NCBI GenBank assembly: GCA_024277895.1
Contig: JAJRUH010000023.1
Span: 1,210-65,209 of the forward strand
Direction: 5' to 3'
DNA: 64,000 nt
DNA from: Bacteroidota bacterium
GTDB lineage: Bacteria; Bacteroidota; Bacteroidia; Bacteroidales; JAADGE01
Position numbers and translations under genes: made by a program. The notes beneath the pieces were generated by a model. That model saw only the letters and a program-made list of their open reading frames with translations. It did no database searches and was not told the DNA's origin. Below are positions 54,514-64,000 of the stretch, in pieces (position 1 is the first letter of the stretch; the number at the start of each line of letters is the position of its first letter).

Positions 54514-55646
54514 TTTTTAAATACTTCGATAATAACTGATTTTATTCTTTCTTTGTCGGCTTCGGACAGATTGCTTCCGGAAGGTAAACACAGCCCGGTT
54601 TTAAAAAGTTTTTCGGAAATACCGTTTAAATATTTCGGATATTTTTCAAAAACAGGTTGCAGATGCATAGGTTTCCACAGCGGGCGAGATTCTATATTTT
54701 CTTTTTCAAAAGCCAATCGCAAGGTTTCATTTGTTATTCCGTTTGTTTTTTTATCGTCAATCAATATTGTCGTAAGCCAAAAATTTGAATAAAAATCTTT
54801 GCCGGATTCTTCCAAAAGTTCAATTCCTTCAATATTTTTAAATATATTTTGGTAAAACTCGTGATTTTTTCGCCTTGCTTTTACTCTTTCTTCAATAACT
54901 TCGAGTTGTGCCCGTCCTATTCCGGCTACTATGTTGCTCATACGATAATTGTACCCTATTTGAGAATGTTGATAGTGAGGTGCCTCGTCACGAGCTTGCG
55001 TAGCAAGAAATCTTGATTTTTTGATATATCCGGAATTATCTGAAATCAATGCTCCCCCGCCCGATGTTGTTATAATCTTATTTCCATTAAACGATAAAAT
55101 TCCGAAAGTTCCGAAAGTTCCGAGTTTTTTACCTTTGTATGTGCTTCCGAGAGCTTCTGCGGCATCTTCTATTACGGGTATTTCATATTTTTCGGCAATT
55201 TGCATTATTTCGCTGATTTTTGCCGGCATTCCGTAAAGATAAACAAGGATTATTGCTTTCGGTTTTTTGCCTTTTGAAATTCGGTCTTTTATCGCATTTT
55301 CCAAAAGTTCGGACGACATATTCCAAGTATCTTTTTCCGAATCAATAAAAACAGGCACGGCACATTGATATACAACGGGATTTACCGATGCCGAAAATGT
55401 AAAAGTTGAAACTAATACCTCATCGTCTTTTTTAATTCCGAGTATAATAAGTGCCAAGTGTAAAGCCGCCGTTCCCGACGAAAGTGCCGCAGCGTTTTTG
55501 ACATTCAAATATTCGGCAAGTTCGTTTTCAAATCCGTTAACATTGGGACCCAAAGGTGCTACCCAATTTTCTTTAAATGCATCTTGGATGTATTTTATTT
55601 CGTTTCCGCTCATATGCGGAGATGAAAGCCATATTTTTTGTTTCAT
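54510..55646 (-). CDS. DegT/DnrJ/EryC1/StrS-family PLP-dependent sugar aminotransferase (PglE-like)
   Basis: 378 aa. LSSPHMSGNEIKYIQDAF start. PLP-lysine block SFNGNKIITTSGGG. Confidence 0.9.
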   Translation of the reverse strand: MKQKIWLSSPHMSGNEIKYIQDAFKENWVAPLGPNVNGFENELAEYLNVKNAAALSSGTAALHLALIILGIKKDDEVLVSTFTFSASVNPVVYQCAVPVFIDSEKDTWNMSSELLENAIKDRISKGKKPKAIILVYLYGMPAKISEIMQIAEKYEIPVIEDAAEALGSTYKGKKLGTFGTFGILSFNGNKIITTSGGGALISDNSGYIKKSRFLATQARDEAPHYQHSQIGYNYRMSNIVAGIGRAQLEVIEERVKARRKNHEFYQNIFKNIEGIELLEESGKDFYSNFWLTTILIDDKKTNGITNETLRLAFEKENIESRPLWKPMHLQPVFEKYPKYLNGISEKLFKTGLCLPSGSNLSEADKERIKSVIIEVFKN

Positions 55647-56254
55647 TTTTGTTTGCTTTTAATTATTCTGCCGGGATTGCCCACAACGGTGCAATTATCC
55701 GGAATATCTTTAACTATAACCGCTCCTGCTCCTACCGTAACATTATTTCCTATCTTTATGTTCGGAATTATTACTGCCCCGGCTCCTATATGCGATAATT
55801 CGCCTATTTTAACATTTCCGCAAAGTGTTGCATTAGGTGAAATATGCACAAAATCGCCTATAATACATTCGTGATCGACGGATGCGGAAGTATTTACAAT
55901 TACGTGTTTTCCGATTTTTGTATCTGTATTAATTACCGTTCCGGGCATAATTACGGTACCTTCTGCTATTTCTGTTCTCTTTGATATTATTGCCGTTTTG
56001 TCAAATGCATTTCCGAAAGTTAAATCTAAATCTGACAGTTTTTCGACTATTTTTTTTCTTATTTGATTATTTCCTACGGAAATAATTATTTTATTTTTTT
56101 TCAGAATATCAATATTAAAACTTCCGAAGCATTTTATATCGTATAATTCAAGAATTTGGGGATTATCGTCAAATAATCCGTTTATCTTAATGTTATTATT
56201 ATTCAAAATATCAATAATAACTTTTGCGTGTCCCGAAGCACCATATAAAAACAT
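55643..56254 (-). CDS. NeuD/PglD-family hexapeptide-repeat sugar N-acetyltransferase
   Basis: Start moved to MFLYGASGHAKVIIDIL (ATG at 56254, 1 nt after the upstream stop). Left-handed beta-helix repeats at the C-terminus. Confidence 0.8.
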   Translation of the reverse strand: MFLYGASGHAKVIIDILNNNNIKINGLFDDNPQILELYDIKCFGSFNIDILKKNKIIISVGNNQIRKKIVEKLSDLDLTFGNAFDKTAIISKRTEIAEGTVIMPGTVINTDTKIGKHVIVNTSASVDHECIIGDFVHISPNATLCGNVKIGELSHIGAGAVIIPNIKIGNNVTVGAGAVIVKDIPDNCTVVGNPGRIIKSKQK

Positions 56255-56255
56255 A

Positions 56256-56858
56256 TCAATTTCCTTTAAATTTTTCCGTTGTTGCACTTGTCTCGGAACT
56301 TATTCCTTCCGATTTAAATACTTTTTTGAATGTCAAAAATAAGATTTTTAAGTCAAGCAAAAAAGATATGTTTTCGACATACCACACATCATATTCAAAT
56401 TTTTGTTGCCAACTTATTGCGTTTCTGCCGTTTATTTGTGCCCAACCGGTTATTCCGGGTTTTACTTCGTGTCTTCTTTTTTGAAAATAGTCATAAAGTT
56501 TTAAATATTCGGGCAATAAAGGGCGAGGACCTATTAAAGACATATCGCCTTTTATTACGTTAATGAGTTGCGGGATTTCGTCGAGCGAAGTTTTTCTTAT
56601 AAATTTTCCGATTTTTGTAAGTCGTTTTTCATCAGGTAAAAGGTTTCCGTTTTTGTCTTTTTTGTCGTTCATTGTTTTAAATTTAACGACTTTAAATATT
56701 TTTTCGTTTTTACCGGGTCTTTTTTGCAGAAAAAAAGGTTTTCCTGAGTTTGCAAAAAACAGAAATAAGGTAATAAATAAGAATATCGGGCTTAAAATAA
56801 TAAAAGCCGTAAAAGAAATTACAAAGTCTGAAATCGGTTTTATTATTTTTTTATACAT
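56256..56858 (-). CDS. Undecaprenyl-phosphate sugar phosphotransferase (Bac_transf, PglC/WbaP C-terminal type)
   Basis: 200 aa. One N-terminal TM segment, [30 protein letters not shown]. Confidence 0.85.
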   Translation of the reverse strand: MYKKIIKPISDFVISFTAFIILSPIFLFITLFLFFANSGKPFFLQKRPGKNEKIFKVVKFKTMNDKKDKNGNLLPDEKRLTKIGKFIRKTSLDEIPQLINVIKGDMSLIGPRPLLPEYLKLYDYFQKRRHEVKPGITGWAQINGRNAISWQQKFEYDVWYVENISFLLDLKILFLTFKKVFKSEGISSETSATTEKFKGN

Positions 56859-58008
56859 TATTTAATTTCAACAGGTTATTATATTCATTTTTTAATTCTT
56901 TCCAAATATATTTTCTTTCATAATTTTTTATAATATTAGTTCTGCAATTATTTTTTAATTTTTTTCTCAACTCTGTATCAGTATATATTTTATTCATTGC
57001 CAAATAAAGTGCTTTTTCGTTTTTAACACTGATTATTATACCATTTTTACCGTCTTTAATAATTTCGTTACATCCGTTAATATTCGATACAATTGCAGGA
57101 ATTTCCATAGCTCCGGCTTGCATAACAACATTAGGAAATCCTTCTCGATAGCTTGGAAATACAAAAACGTCAGCCATTGCAAAAAACGGGCGAACATCTG
57201 TTTGATAGCCGGCTTCGACTATATTTTCATTATTTTTAATTTCATTTAATAAGTCTTTTTTAACGGGGTTTAAATTATTTTCATAATTTCCGACTAAAAT
57301 CAAATAAGCATCTTTCTTTTGTTTTATTTTTTTGAATGCATTTATTAATTCGTTAATTCCTTTATCTTTTACAATTCTGCCTACAAAAAGATAAATAAAA
57401 GCATTTTTCGGAATTTTAAGTTCTTTTTTTATTTTTTCGGATTCTTTTTTTATTTTTTCGGTTATTTTAAAATAGTCGGTATCAATACCGTTACTACTTC
57501 CTTTACCTATTATTTTAAGTTTTTCTTTTTTGCAAAATTTATTTTCTGAAATAAAATTTCGTAAGTTTTTTGAATTAGGATATACATTTGTAGCACAAGC
57601 ATAGGTTAATTTTTCAATAAAAACAAGAAGTTTTCTTTTAAATCCGGTTGCAACAGTTAAGGGTAAGCCGGCAACTGTGTGCATTCTTACCGGAATTTGT
57701 GCAAAATATGAAGCCGCCATACCTATAATGCCTGCTGTAGGTGTATGAGTATGAACAATATTAGGTCTTTCCTTTTTTAAAATACGAATTAATTTTATAA
57801 GAGAAATAAAATCAGTTAAAGGAGTTATTTTTCTGGTTAGTTTTAAAGGAATAACTTTTATTTTTTCATTTTTCTCAACCTCTTTAAGTTCTTTTTCGGG
57901 AGAAGAAATTGCAATTACATCAAAATATGCCGACATAAATTTCAGTTGATCTTTTAAAAGAACTTTTAAAGAAACCGGAACTGTGGTTATTCTGATAATT
58001 TTTTTCAT
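56851..58008 (-). CDS. Glycosyltransferase family 4
   Basis: 385 aa. C-terminal [28 protein letters not shown] (E-X7-E type). Confidence 0.8.
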   Translation of the reverse strand: MKKIIRITTVPVSLKVLLKDQLKFMSAYFDVIAISSPEKELKEVEKNEKIKVIPLKLTRKITPLTDFISLIKLIRILKKERPNIVHTHTPTAGIIGMAASYFAQIPVRMHTVAGLPLTVATGFKRKLLVFIEKLTYACATNVYPNSKNLRNFISENKFCKKEKLKIIGKGSSNGIDTDYFKITEKIKKESEKIKKELKIPKNAFIYLFVGRIVKDKGINELINAFKKIKQKKDAYLILVGNYENNLNPVKKDLLNEIKNNENIVEAGYQTDVRPFFAMADVFVFPSYREGFPNVVMQAGAMEIPAIVSNINGCNEIIKDGKNGIIISVKNEKALYLAMNKIYTDTELRKKLKNNCRTNIIKNYERKYIWKELKNEYNNLLKLNNV

Positions 58009-59081
58009 TTACTGAGATTGAGATTTTTAAAAATTTCTATATATTTTTTATAATTTTTTTGAATTGTAAATTCGTTTTCAACTTTTTTCCTGCCGGCTTT
58101 GCCCATTTTTTCTGCAATATTCTGATTTAGATACAAATATTCTAAATATTCAGACCATTCCTCACTTGAATTTATATGAAAACCGGTAACACCATGTTCG
58201 ACAACATCAGCATTGGCACCCACCGGATTTGTAACAACCGGTTTTGCACATGCCATATATTGTATTGATTTAAAGGCACATTTTCCTCTTGCAAAATGAG
58301 TATCAATCGTTGGTGATATTCCGATATTAAATTTCCTTATTTCTTCAATTTCAGTTTCTTCACTCCATTCTATAACATTTATGATATTCCTGTTTTTTTC
58401 ATTTAACAATTTTTCGTCAAAACCTATAAGGTGAAGTTTTATATTATGCCTAATACAAAAATTTTCTATTAAATCAAGAATAGGTAATATCAATTTACTT
58501 GTTGAATGAGAACCAATCCAACCGATAATAAAATCAGTTTTTTCATAAGTTTTCACCGGAATATATTTTTCAATATCTAATGAAGTAGGAATAAATATGG
58601 AATTTATGTTATTTTTCTCGGATAATTGCAAAAGATATTTGCTGCCGTTAATCACATTTTCTGCTTTTGCTTGAATATAAGGTATTTTTTCGGATAATAA
58701 TTTCCGAATTAATTTATTTGAAGAAAGATTATAATTATGAATTATTGCATCATCATAATCCAAAATATATTTTATGTTTCTGACAGACAAATACCATTCA
58801 AAAATAGGCGGAAAATAAGGTATTAATTCTTTTTCTATAAAAATGATATCTTTATTTTTCAAGAAAAGAACTCTGAAAGTTCGTTTTAAAAAATATTTTA
58901 TAAAGAATAACAATGATTTAGTTTTGTTCCCTGCATTTATATTTTTAATATGTCTCTTGTCGAAAAAAGGATAAACTTTACAGCATATTCCTTCTTTTTC
59001 GAATAAAGGAATATACTGATAAGTTCTGTATCTGGAACTTGCTCCTTCGTATGAATATTTCGGAAAAAATTTAACAATCAT
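58005..59081 (-). CDS. Glycosyltransferase (GT-B fold, family 1/4-like)
   Basis: 358 aa. Donor-binding-like block KSIQYMACAKPVVTNPVGANADVVEHGVTGF. Confidence 0.65.
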   Translation of the reverse strand: MIVKFFPKYSYEGASSRYRTYQYIPLFEKEGICCKVYPFFDKRHIKNINAGNKTKSLLFFIKYFLKRTFRVLFLKNKDIIFIEKELIPYFPPIFEWYLSVRNIKYILDYDDAIIHNYNLSSNKLIRKLLSEKIPYIQAKAENVINGSKYLLQLSEKNNINSIFIPTSLDIEKYIPVKTYEKTDFIIGWIGSHSTSKLILPILDLIENFCIRHNIKLHLIGFDEKLLNEKNRNIINVIEWSEETEIEEIRKFNIGISPTIDTHFARGKCAFKSIQYMACAKPVVTNPVGANADVVEHGVTGFHINSSEEWSEYLEYLYLNQNIAEKMGKAGRKKVENEFTIQKNYKKYIEIFKNLNLSK

Positions 59082-60358
59082 TCTCTTACAATATTTTTTG
59101 CGGTTTTATTTAAGACTTCGATATAAAAAATCGGCAAATATATAACCCATTGAATATCAAATGCATTCAAGTATGGATTTGTTGCAAAAGCAATTAATAT
59201 TGATAAAAATGCATTAAATAATGCTAAAATTGATACCGTATATCTTCTTTCTCTTCCGGCAAATACGAGTAATAAAAATAAAATCCAAAGCGGGCCAATT
59301 GAATAAATTAAAAATCCTAAAAATCCGGTGTGAAAAATAATATCAAAGTAAGACATCTCATATCTCCAAGGTTTATCTTCCGAGCGAATAACATTTTGTA
59401 ACGGTGCTCCGTATCCGTAACCAATAACAGGTCGTTCTTGTATTTGTATTACAAATTGTTTTATTTGCTTTATTCGTTCATTATCTGACTCTTTCGATGA
59501 TTTATTATTATCCAAATTAAAAGCATATGCAGATACAGATTTAGCCGTATCAAAAAGTTTTGTAAAATTAACTTTCACCATTACAGGTACAGACATAAAT
59601 AAAAAAGCAATTAATAAAAACAGTATATTTTTGTTGAATTTATTTTTAATGCTGTTATCAAAAATTATTTTTAAAACAAAGGCATTAAAAACCGATAAGA
59701 AAAACAGCACAAGCAAAGCTCTTCTTCCCGATAATGAAACAGCTGCAACAGACAAGCCGAGAATTAATATTTGCAGAATAAACTTCTTAACTGTTTTTTT
59801 CTTTTTATCCAGAATAAATTTTGTAAAGAAAAAAGGAAATAAAAACAGCAAAGACGAAATACCGTGATATCTGATTTTAATAACATTTCCGCTTAAATCT
59901 ACAATCATTCTGTCATATATAAACTGTAAACTTCCGAAATATCCGTATTTTTTATTTAAGTAAGCAGAAATCATAACAAATGAAGTAAGAATTATTCCGG
60001 CATTTAGAATTTTCTCTATAAAGGGAAAAAAGTCCGGATTTTTAGGAATACCTGCAATAAAAATAGCCCAAATTACCGGAAACACTACATACAAAGCAAA
60101 CACATATTTAAAACTTCCGTCGTAAGCAAAGCCGGTATAGATTCCGTATATTACAAAAAATAAACCCGAAAAAACGTATATTCCGAAAAGTATCAGCAAT
60201 GATTTTGAAACTTCAATTCTGCCTGTTATCAATATTTTTACAAATATCTTTATAACAAAATACAACAAAATCGGCAATTTTAGCTCATAATAGTCAAAAG
60301 GAAGGACTATGCAATCTAAAAACAAAATTGAAATTAATATTTTATCAAAATTTTTCAC
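59078..60358 (-). CDS. O-antigen polymerase-like membrane protein (Wzy)
   Basis: 426 aa, multi-pass, LSGRRALLVLFFL block, large loop near residues 280-330. Confidence 0.6.
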   Translation of the reverse strand: MKNFDKILISILFLDCIVLPFDYYELKLPILLYFVIKIFVKILITGRIEVSKSLLILFGIYVFSGLFFVIYGIYTGFAYDGSFKYVFALYVVFPVIWAIFIAGIPKNPDFFPFIEKILNAGIILTSFVMISAYLNKKYGYFGSLQFIYDRMIVDLSGNVIKIRYHGISSLLFLFPFFFTKFILDKKKKTVKKFILQILILGLSVAAVSLSGRRALLVLFFLSVFNAFVLKIIFDNSIKNKFNKNILFLLIAFLFMSVPVMVKVNFTKLFDTAKSVSAYAFNLDNNKSSKESDNERIKQIKQFVIQIQERPVIGYGYGAPLQNVIRSEDKPWRYEMSYFDIIFHTGFLGFLIYSIGPLWILFLLLVFAGRERRYTVSILALFNAFLSILIAFATNPYLNAFDIQWVIYLPIFYIEVLNKTAKNIVRE

Positions 60359-60373
60359 TCCTTAATTTTATAA

Positions 60374-61699
60374 TCAGTTTTCATCTGATATTTTAATTTT
60401 GCTAAGTCCGTAAATCGGAATAATTCCTAATACTTTTTTACTCAAAAAAGTAGAAAATAAATCTTGAAAGCTCATTGAAATTGCCCTGACAACAGCAGCT
60501 CCGATTATTCCGTAAAAGGGAATTACAATAAACATTAAAGTTAAATGGATAATGAATGTTATTATTAAATTTAAAGTCATTTGTTTATGTTTTCCGCAAG
60601 ACATTGCAATAAAACCTGACGACGCATTTATACTTCTTATAAATTGACCAAAAACTAAAATCACTAAGACAATTCCTGCTGCAGTAAATTCTTCTCCGAA
60701 CAATGACATTATTTTATTATGAAATAAAAAAACTGCTATAACCAAAGGCAATGTTACCAATGTCATTATCTTTGAACTTTTTATCGCTGTAACACGAAGA
60801 TTCCTAAAATCTTTTTTAACGTAATAATTATTTATTAAAGGAACAAAAACACTGTTTAGTGCAGGCTATATAAAACTTATTATCAATGAAACTTTTAAAG
60901 CCATACCGTACAATCCGATTTTATCTTCTGCTACAAATTTCCCTAAAATAATTACATCAATATTTGCCAAAACCGTAGATAAAAGAGAAATAATAAAAAG
61001 ATGTTTACTAAAACCCAGCATTTTACCGTAAGTTATTTTTCCTCTTTTAATACCACTGCCGTTTTTATTTATTTTATTATTCAGAAGAAAAAAAACAACA
61101 ACAAATAAAATCCAGTAAATAATAACAAAACCGATAACAAAATCAGTTAATGAACCTTGTCTTGTAAATAAAAAATATGAAATTATGAATACAATAAAAT
61201 TCCCGAAAAAACTTTGAAAAAAAGTTGCCCAAAAGACTTCTTTTAATGCTTTTAATGTTTCGGTGAAGATATTCAGAATTATAAACGGAAATAATCCTAA
61301 TACAAGAATTTTAATAAGGTGTTTTGCATTTTCAGAAATAAAAATATTGAAATATCCGGAAGAAAAATAAAAAACGGGAATAAGAATTATTGTTATCACA
61401 AAAACAACAGAAGAAGACTTAAACAGTAATATTTTTATACCTTTGAAATCTTCGAGAGAAACCATTTCAGAAGACTTTATAAAAACAGTATTATTTAATC
61501 CGAATCCTGCAATTAAGGAAAAAATCATAAAAACAGAATAAGCTTGAAAATAAATTCCGGCTTTGCCGGCACCTAATTTATTACCTATTACATAGCTTAA
61601 ACCAAAAGCAGCAATAACTCCCAGCCCTCTGAATAACACGGCATAACCGATTGACAAATTAGTTTTATCGGTCAAAAATGATTTAATTATTTTTACCAT
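60374..61699 (-). pseudogene. wzx: Wzx-type polysaccharide flippase (MOP superfamily) interrupted by a single in-frame TAG
   Basis: ORFs 60866..61699 and 60374..60766 are in the same frame. My codon-by-codon reading of 60767-60865 shows no other stop. Read-through gives ...LKVSLIISFI*PALNSVFVPLINNYYVKKDFRNLRVTAIKSSKIMTLVTLP... The amber codon is at 60866-60868. Confidence 0.75.
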
Positions 61700-61715
61700 T
61701 ATTCGATTTATATTC

Positions 61716-62699
61716 TTACAAATTTTCCCAATACCAACGTATTGCTTTTTTTAATCCTTTTTCCAAAGAATATTCGGGTTTGTAGCCGAGTAATTTTTCT
61801 GCTTTTTCTATTGATGCCAAAGAATGTCGAACATCTCCGGGACGTTCGGGACCGTATTTTACAGTTATATTTCTTATCTCAGGGTCAAATTCAGATAAAT
61901 ATTCTTTTAAAATATCGGTTAGTTCATTCAAATTATTATTTTCTCCGAAAGCAACATTATATACCTGATTTACGGCATCTTTATTTTCAACGGTCAATGC
62001 CGAAATATTTGCTTGTATAACATTTTCAACAAAAGTAAAATCTCTCGAATGCAGTCCGTCACCATTAATAACAGGACTCTCATATTTTATGAGTTGTTTT
62101 ACGAAAAGTGGTATCACGGCGGCATAAGCTCCGTGTGGGTCTTGCCTCTTCCCGAAAACATTAAAATATCTTAACCCTATGGTTTCAATTCCGTATATAT
62201 CGGAAAAATTTTTTGCATAAAGTTCGTCAACATATTTTGTTATGGCGTACGGAGATAACGGGTTTCCTATTTTCTCTTCTTTTTTCGGTAAATCCGGATG
62301 ATCACCGTAGGTTGAAGAACTTGCGGCATAAACAAAGCGTTTTACTTTTGCTTCTTTTGCAGCAAAAAGCATTTTTACAAATCCCCCTATATTCACATCC
62401 GTAGTTGTTATCGGGTCGTTTATTGATCTCGGAACAGAACCTAATGCCGCCTGATGCAATACGTAATCAACTCCTTTTACGGCTTTTTTGCAGTCATCAT
62501 AATTTCTGATATCACCTTCTGCTAAATAAAAATCAGAATCGGATAAAAATGGTTTTATATTTTCTTTTTTTCCTGTTGAAAAATTGTCTAAACATATAAC
62601 TTTATTATTATATTCCAATAAATATTCAATAAGATTTGAACCTATAAACCCGGCTCCCCCTGTTACCAATATTTTTTTATTTTCGATTTTTGCTTCCAT
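61716..62699 (-). CDS. SDR-family NAD-dependent nucleotide-sugar epimerase (WbpP/TviC-like)
   Basis: 327 aa. VTGGAGFIGSNL, LGSVPRSINDP, catalytic YAITK. Confidence 0.85.
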   Translation of the reverse strand: MEAKIENKKILVTGGAGFIGSNLIEYLLEYNNKVICLDNFSTGKKENIKPFLSDSDFYLAEGDIRNYDDCKKAVKGVDYVLHQAALGSVPRSINDPITTTDVNIGGFVKMLFAAKEAKVKRFVYAASSSTYGDHPDLPKKEEKIGNPLSPYAITKYVDELYAKNFSDIYGIETIGLRYFNVFGKRQDPHGAYAAVIPLFVKQLIKYESPVINGDGLHSRDFTFVENVIQANISALTVENKDAVNQVYNVAFGENNNLNELTDILKEYLSEFDPEIRNITVKYGPERPGDVRHSLASIEKAEKLLGYKPEYSLEKGLKKAIRWYWENL

Positions 62700-62708
62700 T
62701 TATTTACT

Positions 62709-63275
62709 TTATTTTAAAAATTCTTTTTTTGTAAAGAAATCTTTTTCCGAAAACAAAATATGATTTTTATCTTTTTCGGAAAGTTTTATCAAATTTTCGT
62801 CAATTTGCCAATTGATATTCAAATCGGCATCATTATATAAAATACCGTCATCATAATCAGGGGCATAGTAGTTGTCAACTTTATACGAAAAAATTGCCTC
62901 ATCGCTTAAAACTACAAATCCGTGAGCAAATCCTCTCGGTATAAAAAATTGTTTTTTGTTTTCGCCGGATAAAATTACGGAAACGTATTTTCCGAATGTC
63001 GGAGAATCTTTTCGAATATCAACCGCAACATCTAAAACCTCACCTCGAATAACTCGAACAAGTTTAGCTTGTGCATACGGCGGTCGTTGAAAATGCAAGC
63101 CCCTTAACACTCCCCTGCCCGATTTTGATTCGTTTTCCTGAACAAAATTTATTTTGCCTGCATATTTTTCAAATTCGTCTTTTCTGAAAGATTCAAAAAA
63201 ATATCCTCTGTCGTCGCCGTAAACAACCGGCTCTATAATTATTAAATCGGGAATTTCGGTTTTTATGAATTTCAT
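62709..63275 (-). CDS. rfbC: dTDP-4-dehydrorhamnose 3,5-epimerase
   Basis: 188 aa. GDDRGYFFESF, LRGLHFQ, KLVRVIRGEVLDVAVDIR, FIPRGFAHGF. Confidence 0.9.
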   Translation of the reverse strand: MKFIKTEIPDLIIIEPVVYGDDRGYFFESFRKDEFEKYAGKINFVQENESKSGRGVLRGLHFQRPPYAQAKLVRVIRGEVLDVAVDIRKDSPTFGKYVSVILSGENKKQFFIPRGFAHGFVVLSDEAIFSYKVDNYYAPDYDDGILYNDADLNINWQIDENLIKLSEKDKNHILFSEKDFFTKKEFLK

Positions 63276-63282
63276 TTATTAA

Positions 63283-64000
63283 TTATTCTTTTATCAAGTT
63301 CAACAAATATTGCCCGTATTGATTTTTGCTCAACGGTTCGGCAAGTTTCTTAAGTTGTTCTTTATTTATGAAACCTTTTTCAAAGGCAATTTCTTCAATA
63401 CAGGAAATTTTCAGACCTTGTCGGGTTTCTATGGTTTCAATAAATCTGCCGGCATCAATAAGCGATTCGTGAGTTCCGGTATCGAGCCAGGCAAATCCTC
63501 TGCCCATAAGCTCGACTTTCAATCTTTTTCTGTTCAAATATTCTTGGTTTACCGATGTAATTTCAAGTTCGCCTCTTGCCGAAGGTTTTACGTTTTTTGC
63601 AATTTCAACCACTTCATTTGTATAGAAATAAAGTCCGGTTACGGCATAATTTGATTTAGGATTTTCGGGTTTTTCTTCTACCGAAATAACGTTTCCTTCC
63701 TCGTCAAATTCGGCTACGCCGTAACGTTGCGGGTCTTTAACATAATATCCGAAAACTGTTGCAATACCGTCTTTTTCGACATTTTCTCTTGCCGATTTCA
63801 GAAGTTCGGGCAAACCGTGTCCGTAAAAAATATTATCTCCCAAAACAAGAGCAACATTGTCGTTCTCGATAAATTCCTCGCCGAGAATAAATGCCTGTGC
63901 AAGCCCGTCGGGACTGGGTTGTATTTTGTATGAAAAATTTAATCCGAACCGGTTTCCGTTTCCGAAAAGACGTTCAAAATTTCCTATGTCTTCCGGTGTT
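63283..64000 (-). CDS. rfbA: Glucose-1-phosphate thymidylyltransferase, 5' end outside the window
   Basis: The frame stays open upstream of the listed Met to the window edge (...[34 protein letters not shown]). [19 protein letters not shown] and [12 protein letters not shown] are RmlA blocks. Confidence 0.85.
   Translation of the reverse strand, partial: TPEDIGNFERLFGNGNRFGLNFSYKIQPSPDGLAQAFILGEEFIENDNVALVLGDNIFYGHGLPELLKSARENVEKDGIATVFGYYVKDPQRYGVAEFDEEGNVISVEEKPENPKSNYAVTGLYFYTNEVVEIAKNVKPSARGELEITSVNQEYLNRKRLKVELMGRGFAWLDTGTHESLIDAGRFIETIETRQGLKISCIEEIAFEKGFINKEQLKKLAEPLSKNQYGQYLLNLIKE

Noticed and set aside
60866-60868. TAG reassigned to an amino acid (alternative genetic code) as an explanation for the wzx interruption
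   Set aside because: TAG is used as an ordinary stop elsewhere in the window (for example at 15038-15040 and 17498-17500), where the proteins end at sensible positions. A nonsense mutation or sequencing error is more likely.

Overview
AT-rich (about 30% GC by eye) chromosomal segment that looks like Bacteroidota. Support: a C25 peptidase ending in a type-IX-secretion C-terminal sorting domain, flexirubin/aryl-polyene-type lipid genes with a tyrosine-ammonia-lyase-like enzyme, TAnnTTTG promoter boxes, and almost no Shine-Dalgarno sequences. I count about 60 protein genes and recognised no rRNA, tRNA, CRISPR array or transposase. Layout: 1-5.5 kb holds miscellaneous redox and regulator genes. 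6.5-14.1 kb is a co-directional run from ribH into a compact aryl-polyene/flexirubin-like sub-cluster. 14.1-21.7 kb holds an AraC regulator plus a six-gene operon: PqqD-like protein, ATP-grasp ligase, type-III PLP decarboxylase, urea-transporter-like/M23 peptidase fusion, TPR+beta-barrel protein and TPR protein. I cannot assign this operon to any described pathway, and it is my best candidate for a novel trans-envelope biosynthesis/export system. 21.7-51.6 kb is mostly housekeeping (recF, guaA, moxR, icd, dnaX, ferritin, two hsp20, pseudouridine synthase, DEAD-box helicase). It is interspersed with a 1551-aa secreted protein of unknown function, a 1519-aa T9SS C25 peptidase and a SPOR-domain gene split at an A7 tract. 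51.6-52.6 kb is a GxxExxY (PD-(D/E)XK) gene embedded between two tandem arrays of 76-86-nt repeats; related copies lie at 5.66 kb and 28.4 kb. 52.6-64 kb is an O-antigen/polysaccharide locus whose wzx flippase carries one in-frame amber codon. Also notable is an A10 tract in dnaX where both alternative frames stop within 1-3 codons, a possible tau/gamma recoding site. All calls rest on reading the ORF translations and the DNA by eye; no searches were run.
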